DNA of 64,000 bases from an uncultured Clostridia bacterium (GTDB lineage Bacteria; Bacillota; Clostridia; Oscillospirales; Ruminococcaceae), in contig CANQTP010000008.1 of NCBI GenBank assembly GCA_947626755.1, positions 14,786 through 78,785 of the forward strand, written 5' to 3'. Position numbers and translations under genes: made by a program. Of this stretch, positions 38,948 through 47,027 are shown in pieces. The notes below the pieces were generated by a model, which saw only the letters and a program-made list of their open reading frames with translations, had not been told where the DNA came from and ran no database searches. Position 1 is the stretch's first letter. The number at the start of each line of letters is the position of its first letter.

Positions 38948-39022
38948 TTGAAGTATTGATACCGGGTTGATACTGTACTTGGGATTTTGTCAAGTATATT
39001 TATAAATAGGAAGTGATCATCT

Positions 39023-40300
39023 ATGATAAATCATCAAATCGTTTTTGGTGATAGCCGAAAAATGAGCTTAATACCTGATAAATCGGTTCAGCTTATAGTT
39101 ACCTCGCCGCCTTATTGGCAGCTTAAAGATTATGGAACGGACGATCAGATAGGATTTAATGACAGCTATGAAGATTACATAAACAATCTTAATTTAGTGT
39201 GGCAAGAATGCTACCGCGTACTTTCCGACGGCTGCCGTCTGTGTATAAACATAGGCGATCAGTTTGCCAGATCCGTATACTACGGCAGATATAAAGTTAT
39301 TCCTATAAGAACAGAAATAATACGTTTTTGTGAAACTTTAGGAATGGACTATATGGGTGCAATAATCTGGCAAAAAGCTACTACAATGAACACATCAGGC
39401 GGCGGAGCGGTTATGGGCAGTTTCCCTTATCCACGAAACGGCATACTAAAAATGGATTATGAATTTATACTTCTGTTCAAAAAACTTGGAAAAGCTCCTA
39501 AACCGACTATTGAGCAGAAAAAGGCTTCCGAATTATCCAAAGAAGAATGGAATCAATATTTTTCATCACATTGGAATTTTAACGGCGTAAAGCAATACGG
39601 TCATATTGCCATGTTTCCGGAAGAATTGCCAAAGCGTTTGATAAAAATGTTTTCGTTTGTAGGAGAAACAGTTCTTGACCCGTTTGCCGGAAGCGGAACA
39701 ACTTCACTTGCTGCAAAACATTTAACAAGAAACTCGATCGGATATGAAATAAACAGTGATTTTAAACCCATTATTCAGGAAAAGCTAATGGGTGAACAAA
39801 TAGATATGTTTGATCCGAACAATAGGGTATGTTTTGCCGAGGATAATGCTCCTAAAGATTTTTCTTTTGATGTACTTCCGTATATTTTTCATGATCCTCA
39901 TAAATTGGATAAAAAGATAGATGTAAAAAAACTTCAATTTGGTTCTAAAATTGATAATACGGAGACTGTCAGAGAAGATCTGTTGAAAGTAAAAAATGTA
40001 ATTTCACCTGAAAAAATAGAACTCAGTAACGGATTGATCATAAAATTGATCGGTATAAAATCAAAACCCGGGTTTGAAACTGAAGCTGTAAATTTTTTAA
40101 AGCAGAAATTTCAAAAAAGAAAAATTTACCTGAAATATGATTCCATAAAGCATGATGAAAATAATACTTTACTTTGCTATGTTTATCTTGATAATAAAAC
40201 ATTTGTTAATAATCATTTGATCCGTACAGGATATGTGGACGTTGACAAAACCGCCGATTATATGTATAAACCTAAATTCCTTGCTTCGCTTCCTCAGTAA
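39023..40300 (+). CDS. beta-class N4-cytosine/N6-adenine DNA methyltransferase with degenerate SNase-like C-terminal domain
   Basis: Motif IV TSPPYW near the N-terminus and motif I VLDPFAGSGTT later (beta order). C-terminus ..LLCYVYLDNKTFVNNHLIRTGYVDVD resembles the thermonuclease fold end. Confidence 0.85.
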   Translation: MINHQIVFGDSRKMSLIPDKSVQLIVTSPPYWQLKDYGTDDQIGFNDSYEDYINNLNLVWQECYRVLSDGCRLCINIGDQFARSVYYGRYKVIPIRTEIIRFCETLGMDYMGAIIWQKATTMNTSGGGAVMGSFPYPRNGILKMDYEFILLFKKLGKAPKPTIEQKKASELSKEEWNQYFSSHWNFNGVKQYGHIAMFPEELPKRLIKMFSFVGETVLDPFAGSGTTSLAAKHLTRNSIGYEINSDFKPIIQEKLMGEQIDMFDPNNRVCFAEDNAPKDFSFDVLPYIFHDPHKLDKKIDVKKLQFGSKIDNTETVREDLLKVKNVISPEKIELSNGLIIKLIGIKSKPGFETEAVNFLKQKFQKRKIYLKYDSIKHDENNTLLCYVYLDNKTFVNNHLIRTGYVDVDKTADYMYKPKFLASLPQ

Positions 40301-40301
40301 T

Positions 40302-40339
40302 AAAAATGCGGCTATCCATTTAAGAGCAGCCGCATTTTT
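40302..40339. terminator. bidirectional terminator between the MTase and REase genes
   Basis: AAAAATGCGGCT..AGCCGCATTTTT. Confidence 0.75.
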
Positions 40340-40929
40340 CATTCTTCAACTTCAATTTTTAAACTTGTTTTCGTTTTTGTATAATAAATCATTTTTACAT
40401 CAATTGTTTCTGATAGACGTCCCATTGTTTTGTATGTATCGGGCTTTATCGAATACGGAACACCGCCTACATAGCCGTCAATTCCAATAGATTCTTCATA
40501 GGGAATGGCAAGACGATAAACTGTTTTTTGACGTTCTGCAAGGGAAGCTAAAATTGCTTTCTGAACATACAAACCGTTAAATGTTTTTGTAATAACAAGG
40601 TCTTCTACCCAATGTTTTACCATTTCACGGTCAATAAGTTTTATAGCTTCTTTAAGATTCTGAACCTGTCCATAAATCTTGTCGGCTGCTTTTTCAAGAG
40701 CATCAGGATATTTTTCTTCGTACCAATCCTGCCAATTCTCAATGGTGATTTCTTTTCCGGAAGCCATAAACTCCGGAAACAGCTCGGACATCTGACCGAC
40801 AACAACAGGGCGAGTTCCCTGTGCATTCTGATTTGCCCAGTTAATCAATTGGGAAGTATATTTCGGAAAGCTGAAAGATTCGCTTTCGTTGAGTTCTTTG
40901 ATATATTCATTTTTTATTGTATATGTCAT
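40339..40929 (-). CDS. putative type II restriction endonuclease
   Basis: Convergent with the MTase and downstream of the C-protein gene. Possible PD-(D/E)xK remnant IGIDGYVGGVPYSIKP. ATG 40929 with GGAAG SD. Family not recognised with certainty. Confidence 0.55.
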   Translation of the reverse strand: MTYTIKNEYIKELNESESFSFPKYTSQLINWANQNAQGTRPVVVGQMSELFPEFMASGKEITIENWQDWYEEKYPDALEKAADKIYGQVQNLKEAIKLIDREMVKHWVEDLVITKTFNGLYVQKAILASLAERQKTVYRLAIPYEESIGIDGYVGGVPYSIKPDTYKTMGRLSETIDVKMIYYTKTKTSLKIEVEE

Positions 40930-41001
40930 TTTCTTTTCTTCCAATCATTGTAATTTTTGTTTGCCATTTCTTGTGTTATTCTTATGCCTGCAACGCGTTT
41001 G

Positions 41002-41211
41002 TCACGATTTTCGTTTAAACTCATTCATTTCCTCATCAGTTTCGGCAATACAAAAACCTTTATTGCCACAAGATATAACTGGCAAGCCATATTCTTCTGC
41101 AGTTTTCCATATTTCTTTGCGACTTACAGCTTGTATATCTTCCATTGGGAAACCCATGAGTTTACTTATTTGTTTAGATGTTATTGCATTTTCCTTTCCA
41201 CAATGTTGCAA
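41002..41211 (-). CDS. small hypothetical protein between the C-protein and REase genes
   Basis: 69-aa ORF with TTG start and no clear SD. Coding status uncertain. Confidence 0.3.
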   Translation of the reverse strand: MQHCGKENAITSKQISKLMGFPMEDIQAVSRKEIWKTAEEYGLPVISCGNKGFCIAETDEEMNEFKRKS

Positions 41212-41222
41212 CAGAATTTTTT

Positions 41223-41450
41223 TTAATCTCTTCGCTCATCATAATCCTCCAAAAACAATTTATATGTTTCGATTTTTAGTGCATCAGCAATTTTTTGAAT
41301 ATTTTCAAGAGATATGCTTCTCCGAAAACATTCAATATCACTAATATATGTTCGATGTAATCCACATTTTTCGGCAAATTTCTCTTGGGATAGACCAAGC
41401 CGAGTTCTATGCTTTTTGACGTTTGTTCCAAACACTTTGATAATATCCAA
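41223..41450 (-). CDS. XRE-family HTH controller (C) protein of the R-M system
   Basis: LGLSQEKFAEKCGLHRTYISDIECFRRSISLENIQKIA helix-turn-helix. TTG start with AGGTGG SD. First gene of the REase operon. Confidence 0.75.
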   Translation of the reverse strand: MDIIKVFGTNVKKHRTRLGLSQEKFAEKCGLHRTYISDIECFRRSISLENIQKIADALKIETYKLFLEDYDERRD

Positions 41451-41495
41451 AATAATCCACCTGCTTTTGATATATAAGTTAATTATACACGATTT

Positions 41496-41510
41496 TAGAT
41501 TGCAAATCTA
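41496..41510. promoter_or_regulatory. candidate C-box operator palindrome
   Basis: TAGATTgcaAATCTA, perfect 6-3-6. It lies 8 nt upstream of a - strand TATAAT (41487-41482), so it overlaps the -35 position. Confidence 0.45.
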
Positions 41511-41762
41511 CATACAATAAGTGTCATATTGCTTTGTTTTTTGATATGTTAATGTTTACTTATGTATGTACTACCAATATGTTGTACATAGGCAGAAAGA
41601 AAGTTTTGGAAAATTTATACATTTTGTACAGTGACTACAATTTGAAGAAGTCGGGGGAGGAATAATAAAAATCGCTAAAATGAATTGACATATTGTAAAA
41701 AATTTGATATAATAATAAAAAAAGTTCATTTTCAAGGAGGTAGAACGACATGAACAAACTAA

Positions 41763-42095
41763 GTGATTTTTTTTGATACCGCGGATAAGGCGTTTGAAAT
41801 TAGAAATTACTATATTCAAAGCGAAATGGAGAAAATTAGAGCTGAAATTCAATGGATGTACAATAACAATAATAATATCAACGAACTTCGTATTTATTTT
41901 TTGAATTTTTTGGGTAAAGAAAGGGTATCGCAATTAAGCAATACTGCTATTAACGATTTACTTGAAATCAGAGCAAATGATTTATATATGCACTATCAAG
42001 AATTATCCAGACAAAAAAATAGACACAACGCCATTAAAGATTATTGTGCAGGGGTTAATGATTCAAGGAAATTGACCTTTTGGCAGCAAAATTAA
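41763..42095 (+). CDS. hypothetical protein, apparently separated from its ATG/SD by a T8 frameshift
   Basis: AAGGAGG (41734-41740) plus ATG 41750 opens a frame that stops at 41774 inside T8 (41767-41774). The +1 frame continues 110 codons from GTG 41763. Confidence 0.35.
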   Translation: MIFFDTADKAFEIRNYYIQSEMEKIRAEIQWMYNNNNNINELRIYFLNFLGKERVSQLSNTAINDLLEIRANDLYMHYQELSRQKNRHNAIKDYCAGVNDSRKLTFWQQN

Positions 42096-42186
42096 ATAGC
42101 CAAAATTTTACAGATAGCTTAAATAATGCAGATGCCACAAGCCAAATCACTTACACAAAATTGTTTGAGTCACGCTTTTAGTAAGC

Positions 42187-42247
42187 GAGTGGGAATAATT
42201 GAATTCTCCCTGCAAACTGCGGTGATACGCGGGTTGCGGGGAGAATT
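42187..42247 (+). repeat. direct repeat, right copy
   Basis: Identical to 38887-38947 except TT to AA at 42202-42203. Confidence 0.9.
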
Positions 42248-42294
42248 AAAAAATTTGATGATTTTTAAAAGTGATAAAATAAGAAGGCATTTTT

Positions 42295-43041
42295 ATGAAT
42301 TTTACAGTTGTCAGAGCAAATATTGCCAATATTGCCGCCGATGCAATAGTATTGCCCGCAAACGAATATCTTAAAGAAGGATCGGGTGCGTCAACAGCAA
42401 TTTTCAAAACTGCCGGTCGTTCTGAACTTACAAAAGCTTGTGCTGAAATAGGACACTGTGATACAGGTTCTGCTGTTCCGACTCCGGCTTTTGATCTTGA
42501 TGCTAAATACATAATTCACGCAGTTGTTCCTAAATGGATAGACGGTAAACATAACGAGTACGGGCTATTAAGTTCAGCTTATCTAACATCTTTAAATCTT
42601 GCTGATGTAATGGTATGCAAATCAATTGCTTTTCCTCTTCTGGCTTCCGGAAATAATGGTTTTGACCACGCTCTTGCTTTTCAAATAGCCGAAAAAAGCA
42701 TAAATAAATTTGAAGGAGAAAATATAAAAGATGTAATTCTTGTAGTATACGATGAAAATACAGAACACTTCATTCGTTCTAAAGGTTATAATGTTCAAAA
42801 AATTTCCGAAGAAAAATCAGCTCATGAATATGAAATTCCCAATAAAGCTAAAAAAATTATTTTTGAAAATTTAAATGCTGCTGAAAATTGGCTGAAAAAT
42901 AAAGAAAACGTAAAAAAATTGATAGACATTGAAATAGCATTAGCCGTTCTTCCGGAAGGAGGTAAAGCGGCAAAAGTTATAAACATTGCAAAAAAGCAAA
43001 TAAATAAATTTATAGTAAAATATCTCCCCCGCAAACTGTAA
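42295..43041 (+). CDS. macro-domain protein (ADP-ribose binding/hydrolase-like) with about 90-aa C-terminal extension
   Basis: ANIANIAADAIVLPANEYLKEGSGASTAIFKTAG...IIHAVVPKW...SIAFPLLASGNNGF macro-domain signature. Confidence 0.8.
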   Translation: MNFTVVRANIANIAADAIVLPANEYLKEGSGASTAIFKTAGRSELTKACAEIGHCDTGSAVPTPAFDLDAKYIIHAVVPKWIDGKHNEYGLLSSAYLTSLNLADVMVCKSIAFPLLASGNNGFDHALAFQIAEKSINKFEGENIKDVILVVYDENTEHFIRSKGYNVQKISEEKSAHEYEIPNKAKKIIFENLNAAENWLKNKENVKKLIDIEIALAVLPEGGKAAKVINIAKKQINKFIVKYLPRKL

Positions 43042-43066
43042 TATTACATAGTTTGCGGGGATTTTG
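43026..43066 (+). terminator. rho-independent terminator overlapping the macro gene stop
   Basis: CCCCGCAAACT..AGTTTGCGGGG then ATTTT. Confidence 0.7.
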
Positions 43067-43247
43067 CAATTTTAAAATTTATCTTCCAATCTCATCTTTC
43101 CCCGTATTTTCCACCTCCGGCATAAGCTCCTGCATTTCGCTCATAATGTCGTATGATATTGTACATATCTGAAAAAAATTAAGCGAATTTTAATTATAAT
43201 TTATCTGCGACTCACTAAAATAAATTTCACGTTTTAATATCCACCCC

Positions 43248-43276
43248 TTGACATTTCGCCCAAAATATGCTAAAAT
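43248..43276 (+). promoter_or_regulatory. sigma-A type promoter upstream of the SDR gene
   Basis: TTGACA, 17-nt spacer, TGcTAAAAT. Confidence 0.55.
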
Positions 43277-43306
43277 CAGAAAAAATATGTAAAGGAGTTG
43301 CTTATC

Positions 43307-44059
43307 ATGGTAGACGTAAAAAATAAGTGGGCATTTATCACAGGTGCCGCCAGAGGGATCGGTTACCTTACCGCTAAACTTATGGCGGAACGCGGCTGCA
43401 ACCTCATTCTGCAAAGCAGGGATATTTCCCATACCGAAAAGATCATTTCCGAAGTAAAAGCTATGGGTGTCAATGCCTGTGCCGTTTCCGCCGAACTTTC
43501 GGATCTCGACAGCGTTCAGGATATGCTCAATGAGATCGACAGTCTCGGTCACGATGTGGATATCGTCATGAACAATGCGGGTATGCAGATCGCCTACCGC
43601 ACGGAATACTTCAGAACTCCCGTCTCGGATTACACCGAAAGCTTCAAGATAAATACCATTGCTCCCGCTATGATATGCTACCACTTCATGCCAAAAATGA
43701 TAGAGCGCGGCTTTGGAAGAATAATAAACACCACAAGCGGCATTGCTCTTGAACCCGAACAGGCAGGATATTCCGCAAGCAAAGCTGCTCTTGACAAGAT
43801 CACCATTGATCTCGGCTCTAAAGTTGAGGGAACGGACGTTATGATAAACCTCACCGATCCGGGCTGGTGCAGAACAGATCTTGGCGGTCCTCACGCTCCC
43901 AACGCTCCCGAAAGCGCGATCCCCGGTATCGCTGTAGGCGCATTTGTCGATGATAAAAAATCGGGACGTTACCTTAACGCGCCGTTCTTTACCGGCATGA
44001 CCCTTGAAGAGGCTGTTGCAAAAGCAGAATCAGAATTTGACAGTCCTTACAAAAAATGA
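43307..44059 (+). CDS. SDR-family oxidoreductase
   Basis: ITGAARGIGY cofactor motif, NNAG, YSASKAAL catalytic motif. AAAGGAG SD. Confidence 0.85.
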   Translation: MVDVKNKWAFITGAARGIGYLTAKLMAERGCNLILQSRDISHTEKIISEVKAMGVNACAVSAELSDLDSVQDMLNEIDSLGHDVDIVMNNAGMQIAYRTEYFRTPVSDYTESFKINTIAPAMICYHFMPKMIERGFGRIINTTSGIALEPEQAGYSASKAALDKITIDLGSKVEGTDVMINLTDPGWCRTDLGGPHAPNAPESAIPGIAVGAFVDDKKSGRYLNAPFFTGMTLEEAVAKAESEFDSPYKK

Positions 44060-44122
44060 TCGGACTTTTTGCATGGAAAAGTAAAGATCCGCTCCGAATA
44101 TCCGGAACGGATCTTTATATTA

Positions 44123-44296
44123 TCAAAGCTGATCTCTGAGCCACGCTGTATATTCTCTTTCGGAACGTTCTTTGGTTGCAACATCGAACTGAAAACTATG
44201 AGCTTTGTCAATAAACGAATTGAAAGCCCTCAGATCCCCGTCACTCATGTACTGCTCCTGCTTTTTGCGGTAAACTTCCTCATACAACAAACTCAT
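44123..44296 (-). CDS. small hypothetical protein (57 aa)
   Basis: AAGGAG SD before ATG 44296. No family recognised. Confidence 0.4.
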   Translation of the reverse strand: MSLLYEEVYRKKQEQYMSDGDLRAFNSFIDKAHSFQFDVATKERSEREYTAWLRDQL

Positions 44297-44704
44297 AATA
44301 CAGATTCTCCTTAAAATAATTTCGGCAATGCTTTTTTCTGCCCCAAGCACGACCTGTCAGTAATTATAGCACAAATTTATACCTGTTTCTATAGTATTAT
44401 TATACAAAAACAAATTAATTTACTGTTAACATTTCCGAATTTAAAAAATTTTAATGATCGCCCTTGAAATACAACTATTAGTATGTTATAATAATAGGTA
44501 CACTACACTTAGTGCCAAATTATTACAATAAAAGCCGCAGAGAAATTCCTGCGAATTTTTATATTTTTAACAAAATGATAACTTAAATACAAAGAAATTT
44601 TGTTAAATATAAAGAAATTTGCAAAAAGTTCTGTACTTTTTATAAATAAAGTTGTATAATCAATTTAGTGCGCTTCAGCACAATATTTTTAAGGAGACTA
44701 TGAT

Positions 44705-45580
44705 ATGAAAAAAATAATTTCAGCAATTGCGGCTCTTACAGCTTGTGCCGTTATGCTCTCAGCCTGCGGGGGAAATTCAGGTTCAGATCTAACAGATGAG
44801 ATCGAAACTTCCGCGTCCGTTTCGGAAGAAACAAAAGCAGCAGAAGCAGAAGAAACTACGGAAGAAACCACGGAAGCATCAGAAACATCGGAAACTGCCG
44901 AGGAAGTTACCGACAGCGCGGACGAGGAACAGGCTCCTGCGGAGGCCGCGGCTTCATTTGCTTCTCTTGATGAATTTGCCGCTTCCGATATTGAAGAATT
45001 GGCATTTTCTCCTGTTGAGGTAAAGGAAAGCAATATTTACGATTTCACAATGGCATTTGTTGGAGCAACATCAATGTACATAGATGCAGCATCTACCGAT
45101 GGTTCTATGGCAATGACAATGGCTGCTGATGCAAACAATAGAATTGCAATGGATGTGACCGATACCGACGGTTCAAGAGCAATAATGATCATAAAGGACA
45201 TGAAAATGTATATGCTCGATCCCTCTACATCAACCGGTATGTACACATCGGTAGATGAAAGCATTTTTGAAGAATACGACCTTAAAGCCGCATTTGAAGA
45301 AATGGCTTCAATTGACGAAGATGATATTACCGACAGCGAAGTAATTATGTACTGCCCTGTTTCTATAGACGGCACAACATATACAGTGGAAGCTATGGAC
45401 GAAGGCTGTATGCTTTTCAACGGCGATGGTTCACTTTACGCTATAGTAAGCGATGAATCGACCGATATCAACGTACTTCTGATAAATTCTCTTACTTCGG
45501 AAGTTCCTTCCAATGCATTTGATGTTCCCGAGGGTTACGAGCTTACCGATCTTGACGCAGCTATGGCTGCTCAGCAGTAA
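44705..45580 (+). CDS. lipoprotein, acidic low-complexity linker, unknown function
   Basis: Lipobox MLSAC. AAGGAG SD. Confidence 0.6.
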   Translation: MKKIISAIAALTACAVMLSACGGNSGSDLTDEIETSASVSEETKAAEAEETTEETTEASETSETAEEVTDSADEEQAPAEAAASFASLDEFAASDIEELAFSPVEVKESNIYDFTMAFVGATSMYIDAASTDGSMAMTMAADANNRIAMDVTDTDGSRAIMIIKDMKMYMLDPSTSTGMYTSVDESIFEEYDLKAAFEEMASIDEDDITDSEVIMYCPVSIDGTTYTVEAMDEGCMLFNGDGSLYAIVSDESTDINVLLINSLTSEVPSNAFDVPEGYELTDLDAAMAAQQ

Positions 45581-45673
45581 ATTACGGAAATTATCATTCC
45601 CGTGCATATAAAATGCGCGGGAATGATATTTTTTATGCAAAATTACTAAAATTTTAAAAATAGAAAACAAGCC

Positions 45674-45702
45674 TTGACAATTTTAAAGGAAAATGTTATA
45701 AT
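45674..45702 (+). promoter_or_regulatory. consensus sigma-A promoter of the rpsF-ssb-rpsR operon
   Basis: TTGACA, 17-nt spacer, TGtTATAAT. Confidence 0.65.
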
Positions 45703-45760
45703 AATTAAGTATCCTCGTCCGCGTACAGTCACGGACGTAATCCAAGAGGAGGTGTTTTTA

Positions 45761-46051
45761 ATGGCTAAGGTAAACGAAACCTATGAGACCATGGCAGTCT
45801 ATAGTCTGAAAAACGGTGAGGACGGAGTTAAGGCTCTTAACGATAAGTTCAACGCCATGATCGAAGCTAACGGTACTCTGGAATCTGTCAACGAGTGGGG
45901 CAAGAGAAAGCTCGCTTACGAGATCGACGACCAGACCGAGGGCTATTATGTGCTTTACACATATTCCTGCAAGCCCGATTTTCCTGCCGAGCTCGACCGT
46001 GTTTTCAAGATCACAGACGGCGTTATGCGCTCACTCATTACTGTAAAGTGA
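45761..46051 (+). CDS. rpsF: 30S ribosomal protein S6
   Basis: YETMAVYS...WGKRKLAYEI. GAGGAGG SD. Conserved rpsF-ssb-rpsR order. Confidence 0.9.
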   Translation: MAKVNETYETMAVYSLKNGEDGVKALNDKFNAMIEANGTLESVNEWGKRKLAYEIDDQTEGYYVLYTYSCKPDFPAELDRVFKITDGVMRSLITVK

Positions 46052-46083
46052 TTCGATAAGGAAACAAAAAGGAGACTGAAAAT

Positions 46084-46671
46084 ATGCTGAGTGCTTGTTC
46101 GATCAATAACGTGATCCTTATGGGAAGGCTTACAGCCGATCCCGAATTAAGGCAGACTCCGAGCGGAGTAAGTACCTGCCAGATAACTGTTGCTGTGACA
46201 CGTAACTATTCAAATCAGGACGGTGACCGTCCCGCAGATTTCATTACCGTTGTTGCGTGGAGACAGACTGCTGAATTTATTTGCAGAAACTTTTCAAAAG
46301 GAAAAATAATCCTTGTTGAGGGCGAACTCAGAACAAGAACATACGATGATAAGCGTTATCCCGATGTTCGTCATTATGTTACAGAAGTTTATGCCAATAA
46401 CGTTTCTTTCGGAGAGACAAAAGCTTCCAGCGAAGCCCACAGTGCAAGCCGCGGAGGTTACGGCGGAGGCTACGGAAATCAGAACGGATACGGAAGCTCC
46501 AACGGTTACGGCAGTTCTGACGGTTACGGCAGCAATCAGGGATACCGCAGTCAGGCTCCCTCAGCCAATCAGTACAACAGTCAGCCGCAGCAGAGCGGTT
46601 CTGACGTTTCCTTCGGAAACTTAGATGATTTTGAAGAAGTCATCGGCGACAACAGCAAGCTCCCGTTCTGA
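46084..46671 (+). CDS. ssb: single-stranded DNA-binding protein
   Basis: NNVILMGRLTADPELR OB-fold, Gly/Tyr/Ser-rich linker, acidic tail ending LPF. Confidence 0.92.
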   Translation: MLSACSINNVILMGRLTADPELRQTPSGVSTCQITVAVTRNYSNQDGDRPADFITVVAWRQTAEFICRNFSKGKIILVEGELRTRTYDDKRYPDVRHYVTEVYANNVSFGETKASSEAHSASRGGYGGGYGNQNGYGSSNGYGSSDGYGSNQGYRSQAPSANQYNSQPQQSGSDVSFGNLDDFEEVIGDNSKLPF

Positions 46672-46710
46672 GAGCAGACTGCACCTATTATTTAAAAGGA
46701 GGGTTTCATA

Positions 46711-46959
46711 ATGGATAAGGATAGAGAGAAGGCTCCGAGAGGCGTAAAGAGAGCACGCAAAAAGGTTTGTATGTTCTGCGCCGACAGAGTTGAGAAGATC
46801 GATTATAAGGATATTGCAAGACTTAAAAAGTGCATGACCGAAAGAGCCAAGATTCTCCCCAGACGTGTTACAGGCACTTGTGCTTACCACCAGAGAGAAC
46901 TTACGGTCGCTATAAAGCGTGCAAGATATATCGCACTTCTCCCCTATGTTTCTGACTGA
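46711..46959 (+). CDS. rpsR: 30S ribosomal protein S18
   Basis: [17 protein letters not shown]...[17 protein letters not shown]. Confidence 0.93.
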   Translation: MDKDREKAPRGVKRARKKVCMFCADRVEKIDYKDIARLKKCMTERAKILPRRVTGTCAYHQRELTVAIKRARYIALLPYVSD

Positions 46960-46982
46960 TAACATTTGATAACACATTAATG

Positions 46983-47020
46983 AAAAGAGCGTTCCGATTT
47001 TTCGGAACGCTCTTTTATTG
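46983..47020. terminator. bidirectional rho-independent terminator
   Basis: AAAAGAGCGTTCCG..CGGAACGCTCTTTT. Confidence 0.8.
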
Positions 47021-47027
47021 TTAATTA

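Larger units (their letters stand above)
38887..42247. mobile_element. AT-rich restriction-modification island inserted at the guaA 3' end (no integrase)
   Basis: Bounded by 61-bp direct repeats (59/61 identical) exactly 3300 bp apart. Visibly lower GC than the flanks. Confidence 0.65.

Noticed and set aside
42295-43041. DarTG toxin-antitoxin
   Set aside because: A macro domain is present, but there is no DarT-like ADP-ribosyltransferase ORF upstream or downstream. The preceding ORF (41750-42095) shows no ART motifs.
43080-43145. 21-codon - strand ORF (MSEMQELMPEVENTGKDEIGR) in the macro/SDR intergenic region
   Set aside because: It has no SD and is too short to evaluate. It may be a gene remnant but cannot be supported.
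43190-43894. 234-aa ORF on the - strand
   Set aside because: It is antisense to the SDR gene, which has cofactor and catalytic motifs.
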